DNA of 64,000 nucleotides from a virus (lineage: Duplodnaviria; Caudoviricetes), in IMG/VR virus record IMGVR_UViG_3300037067_027616, positions 402,730-466,729 of that record. One strand, 5' to 3'. Made by a program: the position numbers and the translations under genes. Of the stretch, positions 9,071-17,129 are shown in pieces. Below the pieces are notes generated by a model. That model ran no database searches and had not been told where the DNA came from. It saw nothing but the letters and a program-made list of their open reading frames with translations. The first letter of the stretch is position 1; each line of letters begins with the position of its first letter.

Positions 9071-9232
9071 TGCTCTTTCACATTCTGGCCAGCACTCCAT
9101 GTTGGGGCGTACATTGCGATTAGCTCAATGGTAGAGCGCATTCCTTAAGAGAATGATGTCGCGGGCTCGAAACCCGTATTGCAAACCAAAACACGCATTA
9201 ACGACTTGTGCCGGCTAGAATGAGGAAGAGCG
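9071..9232 (+). ncRNA. Structured RNA unit 3 (same core, contains a complete tRNA cloverleaf)
   Basis: Basal stem TGCTCTTTCACATTCTGGCCAGCAC / GTGCCGGCTAGAATGAGGAAGAGCG. Core TCCATGTTGGGGCGTACAT...ACGCATTAACGACTT. Confidence 0.75.
9114..9188 (+). tRNA. tRNA-like element with TAA (Leu) anticodon, short variable loop and encoded CCA, embedded in unit 3
   Basis: Acceptor TTGCGAT/ATTGCAA, D-arm GCTC-AATGGTA-GAGC, anticodon arm CATTC-CTTAAGA-GAATG, T-arm GCGGG-CTCGAAA-CCCGT, then A-CCA; 75 nt. Confidence 0.6.
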
Positions 9233-9236
9233 ATGC

Positions 9237-9343
9237 TCTTTGACACAGACTCTCGTCCTCTATGCTCAGGGCGTACATTCGATACTACCATTAAGGTTTT
9301 GAATTAACGCACGAGTGACTTGAACGGGAGCCTGTGACAAAGA
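9237..9343 (+). ncRNA. Structured RNA unit 4 (same core, short apical domain)
   Basis: Basal stem TCTTTGACACAGACTCTCGTCC / GAACGGGAGCCTGTGACAAAGA. Core TCTATGCTCAGGGCGTACATTCGAT...ACGCACGAGTGACTT. Confidence 0.7.
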
Positions 9344-9349
9344 CCATAG

Positions 9350-9379
9350 AAGCCGGGGACTTCAAGTTCTCGGTTTTTT
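9350..9379 (+). terminator. Rho-independent terminator closing the ncRNA array
   Basis: AGCCGGGGAC-TTCAA-GTTCTCGGTT followed by TTTT. Confidence 0.75.
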
Positions 9380-9488
9380 CTTTGTCCCTGTTGTTTAAAA
9401 GTGTCTATTAATGTGTGTGAAAATTTATCGTTACAAATGAGGTTTCAAAAAGTATATTCGATAGGTCGCCAATAAAAAGGAGGGTGAG

Positions 9489-9743
9489 ATGGTACACGTT
9501 AAGTATGAGGGTCGTTCCGAGGACATCGAGTTTGACGCATTGTTCGCGCAGGATCGCCTGGCTTCTATAGGTATCCCTGCGGGTGTGGTGCCTACGCCGC
9601 AGTCGGTGACGCAACAGCAGATCAAGGTCGCCTTGGCGCAGCATTTCGATCGTGGTTTGACCGAGTTCGATGAGATGTATGTCGAGGTCAACCCGAATGG
9701 AAACATCACGGTGCGTCCGGAGGCAGTGTTCGGTACCCGGTAA
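9489..9743 (+). CDS. Small ubiquitin-like (beta-grasp) protein candidate
   Basis: AGGAGG RBS; 84 aa; beta-beta-alpha-beta-beta pattern (VHVKYEGRSEDI...QIKVALAQHF...MYVEVN..GNITVRPEAVFG-TR); E1 and JAB genes lie nearby. Confidence 0.6.
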   Translation: MVHVKYEGRSEDIEFDALFAQDRLASIGIPAGVVPTPQSVTQQQIKVALAQHFDRGLTEFDEMYVEVNPNGNITVRPEAVFGTR

Positions 9744-9819
9744 TAACAGGTCACAAGGTGAGGGGGTAACAAACATAACCCTTGTGACCTCTTGTCATAG
9801 TCTTGAACAAGGAGTCTGT

Positions 9820-10038
9820 ATGGTTCTTCTGTGGGACGTCATCGAGATAATTTTGGTGCTTGCTATTTTGATGTTCATGGTTACCCAGGTATTCCTCCCG
9901 ATTATACGGGGTACTCCGATGTACCCTTTTTTCAAGTCGAAGGAGCCAAAATTGTCAAAAGATTTGAAGGAGGCCCGGCAGAAGGTTGTTGAAAGTAACT
10001 TGAAAAAAGAGGTTGATGACACTAAGAACATTAAGTAG
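9820..10038 (+). CDS. Small membrane protein upstream of the SPFH gene
   Basis: AAGGAG RBS; N-terminal TM helix and a basic coiled tail. Confidence 0.6.
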   Translation: MVLLWDVIEIILVLAILMFMVTQVFLPIIRGTPMYPFFKSKEPKLSKDLKEARQKVVESNLKKEVDDTKNIK

Positions 10039-10084
10039 TTCCCGGTAACAGTCAAATAACATACAAATCAAAAAGGAGATTCAG

Positions 10085-11281
10085 ATGCAGACGAGAAATG
10101 ATCAGTTGTCCGCCCGTATCCCGCTTTCAGTCAACCGTAGCCTGCACCTTTTCGTGTGGGTCGGGATCTTCTTCCTTTTTATCCTGGCTTCCTTCAACCT
10201 TTGGGAGATGCTTGATTCCGACAAAATCATGGTGATCCAAAGCCCGTTCAAGGGGACATTGAATTGGCACACCAACGCAGGCATCAAGTGGCAAGGAATC
10301 GGAAAGGTATCAAAGTACCAAAAAAGGGACATCTACGAGTTTGAGATACCCGTGCGTTTCAACGATGGCGGACACGGGACCATCGTGGGATCCATACAGT
10401 ATGACATGCCCATTGATGCAGAGAATTTGACAGAGTTGCACACGAAATTTGGCAGCCAGAAGGCGGTGGAGTCGGCCCTCATTCAGACGGTGACCAACAA
10501 GGCGATTTACATGACGGGCCCCCTTATGTCATCTAAAGAGTCCTATGCGGAACGCAGGAATTATCTCATACGGTACGTAGAGGATCAAATCGAGAACGGC
10601 GTGTACAAGACCGTAAGCCGTGAGCAGAAGGTCATAGATCAGATGACCGGGCAGGAGAAAACGGCCACCGTTGTCGAGATCGTGTTGAAGGATGGTATTC
10701 CGGAAAGGCAGGAGAATGCCGTGTTGCAGGAGTTCGGGATACGGACATTCAACTTCTCCATCTTGAAGTTGCCGTATGACGATGCGGTGGAAGGCCAGAT
10801 TAAGGCCCAGCAACAGTTGGCGATGGACGTCCAAACCAGCATAGCCGAAGCCAAGAAAGCAGAGCAACGTGCCATCACGGTCGCCAAGAACGGCGAGGCG
10901 GAAGCCATGAAGGCAAAATGGGAGCAGGAAGTGGTTAAAGCAAAGGCCGTGACCCTTGCAGAGCAGAGTAAGGAAGTGGCAAAGCTCGAAAGGGACGCCT
11001 CTGAGTTCACTAAACAGAAGAACATCCTTGATGGAGAGGGAGAGGCCGCCAAGAAACGCCTTGTAATGCAGGCCGATGGCGCCCTTACGCAGAAGCTTGA
11101 AGCATGGGTGCAGGCGCAACAGTACTACGCCGCCGCCCTGCAGAATTTCAAAGGTAACCTCGTTCCAAGTGTCATCATGGGGGAATCCGGAAAAGGTTCG
11201 AGTAGCATGGATCTCATAAACCTTCTTACGGCGAAGACAGCGAAGGATCTTGCGTTGGACATGGAGATGAAGGGAAATTAA
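10085..11281 (+). CDS. SPFH / band-7 (prohibitin-like) membrane protein
   Basis: N-terminal TM helix, VRFNDGG SPFH core, long AE-rich coiled coil (AEAKKAEQRA...GEGEAAKKRL). Confidence 0.85.
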   Translation: MQTRNDQLSARIPLSVNRSLHLFVWVGIFFLFILASFNLWEMLDSDKIMVIQSPFKGTLNWHTNAGIKWQGIGKVSKYQKRDIYEFEIPVRFNDGGHGTIVGSIQYDMPIDAENLTELHTKFGSQKAVESALIQTVTNKAIYMTGPLMSSKESYAERRNYLIRYVEDQIENGVYKTVSREQKVIDQMTGQEKTATVVEIVLKDGIPERQENAVLQEFGIRTFNFSILKLPYDDAVEGQIKAQQQLAMDVQTSIAEAKKAEQRAITVAKNGEAEAMKAKWEQEVVKAKAVTLAEQSKEVAKLERDASEFTKQKNILDGEGEAAKKRLVMQADGALTQKLEAWVQAQQYYAAALQNFKGNLVPSVIMGESGKGSSSMDLINLLTAKTAKDLALDMEMKGN

Positions 11282-11353
11282 CAGATGAGGGACGGAGTGG
11301 TGGTCGCCGTCCCTCGGCGACCACCGCGGCCACCACATAAAATGGAGGAACAG

Positions 11354-12943
11354 ATGAACAGGCGTGTTGCAGCTCCCGCACCTCAGGCAGTGGAATCCCA
11401 GGACAAGCGCCTTGCGCTTCTCAACGCTTTCATGACGTGTCCGCACAGGGACACCGATCGCATCAAGCAGATCCATGACGAGGTGAGGAAGCAGGATCCT
11501 GTTTTCTACGCGCACCTTGCTTGTTGGTACGACCGTACCGGGGACATAAGGGATCACAAGGAAGTTTTCGCTTCCATGTTGACCGTTGACCCCTTCATGG
11601 ACAACCGTGAGGTCGGCCTCGCCTTGTTCAGGGACATGCCCATTTTCCTCAAGAAGAGGGTCGTGGGATTCATCAAGGGCAAGAAGGTGAAGATCCGCAC
11701 CAAGACCGGTGAGAAGATGACCGTCGAAAAGGGCAAGGCGAAGGGGAAGGTCATCGAGAAGGTCCGGGTCGAAGAGCGCAAGGTCGGACTCGATGCGAAC
11801 GTGCCGCACGGACTCAAGACCGAGGTGAAGAACTATCTCCGGTGGCTCGAATCCAATGACAAGCGGTGGGACGAGGCGGCCATACGTTCGTTCTGGGATC
11901 TCAAGTATCTGTACAAGTCCGGTGGACTGCAGATCAAGCCGAGTCCCAGGGCGCAGGAGATCCTGTTCGAGGGTAAGGTACCCGAGGGAAGCAAGCTGAA
12001 CGTCCTTGAGGAGTTCCGCAAGGCCAAGACCCCCGAGGAGGCTGCCAAGCTCATCGTCGAGAACAAGATCCCGTACACGGTGGCGGTCGGACTCACGGAC
12101 AAGGTAACGCCAAGCATACTCGTCGCCCTTATCGAGCGGATGTCACCGCAGGAACTTTTGAACAACATCGCCTCCCTTGAGGAGAAGGGGGCCATGGCTG
12201 TTCCGGAGGTCAAGGCCATCATCGACAAGAAGTTGGTGAAGGCCAAGACGGCCAAGGGTGTATCCGCGCTCAAGTCAAAGACGGCGAAGGCCACGGGGAG
12301 GATCAAGGACGAGTCGACCGCGAAGAAGCTGGACGAAATCGCCGACACCCAGATCAAGAGCAAGGGTGTCATCAGCCTTTCCACGGCTATTCTTATCGAC
12401 CGCTCCGGGAGTATGACGGAGGCCATCGAGGTGGGTAAGAGGCTGGCTACGGTTGTTTCCGGAGCCACCGTTGCCAACCTTCAGGTTGTGGCGTTTGATT
12501 CCTCGGCCGCAGAAGTCGTATCCAAGGGCAAGACGTTGAGTGATTGGGAAGATGCGTTCAAGGGCATCAACCCTGGCGGACAGACGTCCATCGGGTCGGC
12601 TTTGTACTACCTTCTGCGCAAGAAGGTGGTGGTCGAGCAGATCGTGGTCGTGACTGACGAGGGGGAGAACGCGCTTCCGTGGTTCACCGATATATACGAG
12701 AAGTATTGCACGGAGATGAAGGTGAAGCCCCATGTCGTGGTCATGCACGTGGGCGGAGCCGACAAGACGTTCTCTACGAACCTCACCCGGGCAAAAATCG
12801 AATTTGATACGTACACCCCGGAGGGGAGTGACTACTACGGGATGCCTGGTATCATACAGCTTTTGGCTCGTAAGTCGAAGCTCGACCTCGTCTACGAAAT
12901 CATGGACGAACCCCTCCGCAAGAGGGTGCCGTTCAAGGGGTAA
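11354..12943 (+). CDS. Ro60-like TROVE + vWA protein
   Basis: GGAGG RBS before ATG 11354. Helical N-terminus with DPVFYAHLACWY..GDIRD and MSPQELLNNIASL (TROVE-like). C-terminal vWA with MIDAS DRSGSM, GGQTS, VTDEGEN. Confidence 0.7.
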   Translation: MNRRVAAPAPQAVESQDKRLALLNAFMTCPHRDTDRIKQIHDEVRKQDPVFYAHLACWYDRTGDIRDHKEVFASMLTVDPFMDNREVGLALFRDMPIFLKKRVVGFIKGKKVKIRTKTGEKMTVEKGKAKGKVIEKVRVEERKVGLDANVPHGLKTEVKNYLRWLESNDKRWDEAAIRSFWDLKYLYKSGGLQIKPSPRAQEILFEGKVPEGSKLNVLEEFRKAKTPEEAAKLIVENKIPYTVAVGLTDKVTPSILVALIERMSPQELLNNIASLEEKGAMAVPEVKAIIDKKLVKAKTAKGVSALKSKTAKATGRIKDESTAKKLDEIADTQIKSKGVISLSTAILIDRSGSMTEAIEVGKRLATVVSGATVANLQVVAFDSSAAEVVSKGKTLSDWEDAFKGINPGGQTSIGSALYYLLRKKVVVEQIVVVTDEGENALPWFTDIYEKYCTEMKVKPHVVVMHVGGADKTFSTNLTRAKIEFDTYTPEGSDYYGMPGIIQLLARKSKLDLVYEIMDEPLRKRVPFKG

Positions 12944-12948
12944 AGATC

Positions 12949-13191
12949 GTGTTCGACTTTGAAAACCTGGAAGCCGACCTCAAGGATCTCCTCTCGCGTT
13001 CGCGGGAGGATGGTTCTTCTTTTGGGTCGTATGTGGAATCGTTCGCGAGTAAATGGCTGGTGAAAACCGAGCCTATGAAGCATGACATAGTCACACGTTT
13101 CTTGAGCGAGAACAAGAGTCCCGCGAGGATACGTCCGCTTGATATGCGCGGCGTACCCCCCGATGGGATGGGGAAGGCTGATAGTGCGTGA
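12949..13191 (+). CDS. Hypothetical protein
   Basis: Coupled between the TROVE gene and the 13188 gene. Confidence 0.5.
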   Translation: MFDFENLEADLKDLLSRSREDGSSFGSYVESFASKWLVKTEPMKHDIVTRFLSENKSPARIRPLDMRGVPPDGMGKADSA

Positions 13192-14060
13192 ACGACATCC
13201 TGTCTGTCATATCCAAGATGGCCTCCGCGGAGTCAACTCTCCTCGGTAGCACCTTCGTGGCACCCGTAGCCGGTAACGATGTCGTCGCGGCCTGCGTGTG
13301 CGGTATGTCCTACACGTTCTCCATACCAAAAGTGGAAAAGCCCGGGTGGTACGAATTCAAGCCCAGGGACTCGAAAAAGGCCTCTGTGGTAGGTCCTGCC
13401 GACCTGGCAGAGACCGAAGGATACCTTAAGAGGTTGCCATCCGTGCGCGTGGTGCTTTCCCACAAGATCAAGGGTATATACCACGGTGTTCCGCTCAAGT
13501 CAAATTCGGCGGGACTTCCTTGTACGGGTCTTGTACCGATTCTTCTCGTGGATGACATGGCTGACGATTTTGACAAGGTGGTGTGCCGTTACGATGGCAT
13601 GAACCTGTGGTACGATCGTGTCGATGCATCCAACGACCAATCCAAGGGCGAGTACCTCAGGGAGAGGTACGCCAAGCTCTCCATCCCGGCATCGTTGAAG
13701 TTCAAGGGACTGACGTTCGAGGAGAAGGCCGCTTATTCAATACGCATCACTATGGATAAAAAGGCCATAGAGGAACACAGGACGAAGTCCGTTAAGATTG
13801 ATGTGGAGCATGCCGGCGGTGTCTTCAAGGGCCTCAAGGAGAAGCGTGAGCATTATGAAGTTACCTACGAGGTAGATGGGCAGAGGTACATGAGTGTCAT
13901 TTCCAAGGATCCCGCGCGCAGTGTCATCAGTGCCGGTATATGTTTGTCAGGTGGCGATAGGGCATTTGATTTGAAGAGTCTTATCACAGTCATGCGCGAA
14001 GGTCAGCACCGAGGCAGGATAGTACGAGGCCACGGTGATTTTGGTCATTGGGAGCATTGA
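13188..14060 (+). CDS. Conserved hypothetical protein, candidate divergent E2-like enzyme
   Basis: C-terminal beta-meander followed by SAGICLSG (G-x-ICL resembles the E2 catalytic Cys context); lies in the TROVE operon. Confidence 0.45.
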   Translation: MNDILSVISKMASAESTLLGSTFVAPVAGNDVVAACVCGMSYTFSIPKVEKPGWYEFKPRDSKKASVVGPADLAETEGYLKRLPSVRVVLSHKIKGIYHGVPLKSNSAGLPCTGLVPILLVDDMADDFDKVVCRYDGMNLWYDRVDASNDQSKGEYLRERYAKLSIPASLKFKGLTFEEKAAYSIRITMDKKAIEEHRTKSVKIDVEHAGGVFKGLKEKREHYEVTYEVDGQRYMSVISKDPARSVISAGICLSGGDRAFDLKSLITVMREGQHRGRIVRGHGDFGHWEH

Positions 14061-14061
14061 T

Positions 14062-14289
14062 ATGAGCACACCGTTGACGTTCAAGGAACTGCCGGACGGC
14101 GCGAAGTTTATAAGCTTCCCGGTAGAAGGGGACGACATGGGCCATGGGGGGTACCGCAGCGGGTTCAACTTGTTCACCAAGTTGGCTATATACGATTATG
14201 AAAAACACTATACGAACAACGCCGTGAGGAACGACACCGGGACACTATCACACATGCCACCCGATATGCAGGTTATTCTTATTCTTTGA
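14062..14289 (+). CDS. Small hypothetical protein
   Basis: GGGAG RBS; LTFKELPDGAKFI...LFTK motif. Confidence 0.55.
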   Translation: MSTPLTFKELPDGAKFISFPVEGDDMGHGGYRSGFNLFTKLAIYDYEKHYTNNAVRNDTGTLSHMPPDMQVILIL

Positions 14290-14296
14290 GGTTATT

Positions 14297-15961
14297 ATGT
14301 CAACCACATCCCTCGTGCAGGCTATCAAGGAATTCAAGGACAAGCAGGCGAAAGTTTCGTCTCCGTCCGATGTGGTGCTTCAAACTGTTTCGTGGGATCT
14401 CGACACGGCGTTCGTGGGACGACGTATCAACGCATCGACTGTCGGCCGTTTGAGCGCGTATGTCGATCGCAGGCTCGAGGAATACTCGGCGATTCACAAC
14501 AGTATGCCCGCCGTCCGCACACCCGTCCGTACCCCCGATATTGCGGTTGATCTAGGGGTCGTTCCAGATGAAAAACCGATAGGACACGTAATACGTATTA
14601 ACCCCATGCCAGATGACGATCACGTTGCACATGACACCAACACGGATATTTTTAATCGTCCCAACCCCTTCGCGGATGAAGAATCGGAGATACCACCACA
14701 AAGATTAAACACTGAAGAATCTCAAGACGAAGCCATGCGTGAGTGTGTCAACGAGGCTCGTGCGGGAGGCGTGCCGGCAGGTGCTATCTACAATGACGGC
14801 CAAATTGACTATCCTAAAGGGCAAGAAGATGAGGGTGAACGAGATGTGAACAGGTTTTATCAAGACGACACGGAGATCGCCTTGCCTCGAAGGGAGTGCG
14901 CCGGGATTAGTGTGAGGAGGCTTCCTGACAGCACTGTTGAGGGTTTCAGATTGAAGACACAGGATCCAAACGCTAGAATCCCTTTATATCACCCTCTTCC
15001 AGAGGACGGGGTAGGTGGTTTTGATGGTGCCATTTTTCACCACAGTGACAACAAACAAGCGAATAGTAGCAGAGTTGGTTTCGCTGACGCCAGTGCATAT
15101 GAGCAATCGTGGCAGATGGGCGGGAATCTTGATACGTTGGTCAATTCACAAGGGTTGCTCCCCGAAGTTACAAATAGGGTGCGAGACACATTCTTGCGCG
15201 AGCCCCCTGAAGTAGCCGACACCCAACCTCGTGAGGGTGTTCTGCGAACTCAAGATGGTCAGGAAATCGGCGCTCAAGATTTACGCCCCATATCCAATAG
15301 CATCTTGCGCACGCAAGATCTACGAGAAATCAATAACGATCCGATGCGGCCCATCAAAATAAAACCCACTCATGTGGGATTGAACCCTTTCAGAACTCCC
15401 TGGCCGTGGCCTCGTAATAATACGACCGACACCACTTCGTACGTCACTTCCTACGATATTGACCACCATACCCTCAAAATAACCGCACGGGTTTTAACGG
15501 TGCCTTCCTTAATGAAGGTCAACAGTGAGTTGTGGTTTAATATATGTTCCGAGTCCGAACCCAAGGACTTGAAGGAAGTCATCCGCAGGACCGTGAAGGC
15601 CAACCTCCTCATATGCTTGAAGAAATGCCGCAGCGAAGGGTGGCATACGGACGAAGAAGGTACAGAGGAATTGGCTTTGTGCACACTACGCGAGATGATA
15701 TCCGAAAAAGATTTCAAGAAATACCTCAAATATGGATTCGTGGCGATCAAGGGTAAAAGCGGAGACGTCTATCAAGTGTTCCGCAACAAGCATCACACGA
15801 AAGTGTGGCGGGGCAACAGAGTTGTGGAAGAAATATGTATTCGGTTGTGTTCAAAGGTTAAGGTACCTCCGACAGACAACGTGATCGCCTTCATGACGAT
15901 GATATCGGCCGATGAGGAAGCATTCAAGAAAGCCGGCAACAGATACAAGGGGGTGTTATGA
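14297..15961 (+). CDS. Hypothetical protein with disordered middle and conserved phage C-terminal domain
   Basis: C-terminal ALCTLREMISEKDFKKYLKYGFV..G.SG.VYQ...ICI...PPTDNVIA....DEEAF...N; short internal repeats (LRTQD, QDLRPI). Confidence 0.6.
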   Translation: MSTTSLVQAIKEFKDKQAKVSSPSDVVLQTVSWDLDTAFVGRRINASTVGRLSAYVDRRLEEYSAIHNSMPAVRTPVRTPDIAVDLGVVPDEKPIGHVIRINPMPDDDHVAHDTNTDIFNRPNPFADEESEIPPQRLNTEESQDEAMRECVNEARAGGVPAGAIYNDGQIDYPKGQEDEGERDVNRFYQDDTEIALPRRECAGISVRRLPDSTVEGFRLKTQDPNARIPLYHPLPEDGVGGFDGAIFHHSDNKQANSSRVGFADASAYEQSWQMGGNLDTLVNSQGLLPEVTNRVRDTFLREPPEVADTQPREGVLRTQDGQEIGAQDLRPISNSILRTQDLREINNDPMRPIKIKPTHVGLNPFRTPWPWPRNNTTDTTSYVTSYDIDHHTLKITARVLTVPSLMKVNSELWFNICSESEPKDLKEVIRRTVKANLLICLKKCRSEGWHTDEEGTEELALCTLREMISEKDFKKYLKYGFVAIKGKSGDVYQVFRNKHHTKVWRGNRVVEEICIRLCSKVKVPPTDNVIAFMTMISADEEAFKKAGNRYKGVL

Positions 15962-16335
15962 GTGACCTGGATAAGGCATTTCAAGTGTTAGAGATGTATG
16001 GCGTTCCAAAATCGAGGGCGCGCACGGTCGCAAACGGTATTCAAGTTTTGATGGATAGACTTCACCGTGCCGAACTATCTGCCGATATTGTTCCATGTAG
16101 TAATTGGGTTGAGGGCAACGGGTGTTCCATTGGGTTTGGTGACAAGTGTTCTGCCAGGCGGTGTATGCTTACACGTAATCAAGATACCATACTAAAACGC
16201 ATGCAAGATGACGCTTGCCCTTTTTGCGTAGGACGAACAGGTATGGTGAGTGCAACGTGTGAGGAATGTTTCGGGTCAGGTAAACGACTTCAAACAGAGA
16301 TAAAAGATAATGCGATCAGTGCCACCAACGAGTAG
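15958..16335 (+). CDS. Cys-rich hypothetical protein with DnaJ-like CxxCxGxG motif
   Basis: CPFCVGRTG...CEECFGSG. Confidence 0.5.
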   Translation: MSDLDKAFQVLEMYGVPKSRARTVANGIQVLMDRLHRAELSADIVPCSNWVEGNGCSIGFGDKCSARRCMLTRNQDTILKRMQDDACPFCVGRTGMVSATCEECFGSGKRLQTEIKDNAISATNE

Positions 16336-16371
16336 TCAAATACACTTAAACCATACGGGAAGGGGTTTATT

Positions 16372-16554
16372 ATGGAGTTCTACATCGTCGTAGCGGCGTT
16401 CGCGATCGTGATTGCCATTCTTTTGGGTAAGAGAATCGGTATCAACCTCAAATTGGTTGGCTTTGCGGCCATCATCGGGCTTGTGTTGACTTTTATTTCG
16501 ACGGCCATCGTGTCCGTTTACACGGCAATATGGTTGTTCAAATTTTTGAGATAG
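16372..16554 (+). CDS. Small 2-TM membrane protein
   Basis: Two hydrophobic helices; GGGG-type RBS. Confidence 0.5.
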   Translation: MEFYIVVAAFAIVIAILLGKRIGINLKLVGFAAIIGLVLTFISTAIVSVYTAIWLFKFLR

Positions 16555-16561
16555 CAGGAAC

Positions 16562-16751
16562 AGGCGCTAACCTTATCAGTCATGGTGCGTACTGTGCGAG
16601 GCCGTGATCGCTGGAAACAGCTTACCTGTGCGTCCCCGATAAGGGGGACTGAATAGGGACATAGGTCACCCGCCCAAAAAAATATCGCGGGTACATCAAG
16701 AGGATGTCCATAGTCTTCGGTGGTGTTCCCATTAATGAGAGCACCGCGCCT
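16562..16751 (+). ncRNA. Candidate multi-stem structured RNA with possible pseudoknot
   Basis: Gene-free 190 nt closed by AGGCGC/GCGCCT, with at least six internal helices including GCTG-GAAA-CAGC. Confidence 0.45.
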
Positions 16752-16769
16752 TTTTAAAAAGGAATTGAC

Positions 16770-17129
16770 ATGAAGTACAAAATTGGTGACATAGCCGAGT
16801 GTATCGAATCGGACATCAGTGCCATCGTGGTAACCCCCACCAAATGTATAAGAGACGGCTTTTTTCTTTTTTGCGACATAGACCGTGACCGCGGGACCAT
16901 CTACCAAGGAACATACACAGACGAAGGTTTGTTTCCCGACCAACCAGCCGTTAATGTGCGCGTTGAAAAAATAGTATACGTTGGCGCGTTCAAAGGTGAC
17001 GTTGATACTGTCAAAGATTTGGAAAAATTTGTAGTGAACAACGTACCATTGGTAATTCTTGAGGAGTTGGCTAAACATGCACGACCGGATGTAAAAAGCC
17101 TCGCCAAGAAGCGCTTGAAAAAGAAATGA
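16770..17129 (+). CDS. Hypothetical protein
   Basis: AAGGA RBS; MKYKIGD start typical of phage KOW-like proteins. Confidence 0.55.
   Translation: MKYKIGDIAECIESDISAIVVTPTKCIRDGFFLFCDIDRDRGTIYQGTYTDEGLFPDQPAVNVRVEKIVYVGAFKGDVDTVKDLEKFVVNNVPLVILEELAKHARPDVKSLAKKRLKKK

Noticed and set aside
8756-9380. Ordinary phage tRNA cluster, or the minus-strand ORFs 8486-8956 and 8881-9141
   Set aside because: The tRNA-like parts are enclosed in larger stems with a shared non-tRNA core, and two units have no tRNA at all. The ORFs have no recognisable protein features and run antisense to a promoter-terminator unit.
10529-11809. 426-aa minus-strand ORF
   Set aside because: Antisense shadow of the SPFH and TROVE genes (L/H/G-rich composition typical of reverse-frame reading of biased codons).
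16562-16751. Hammerhead, group I intron or 6S RNA identity for the structured gap
   Set aside because: No CUGAUGA/GAAA core, no interrupted host gene, and the fold is multibranched rather than a single rod. Left as unassigned.
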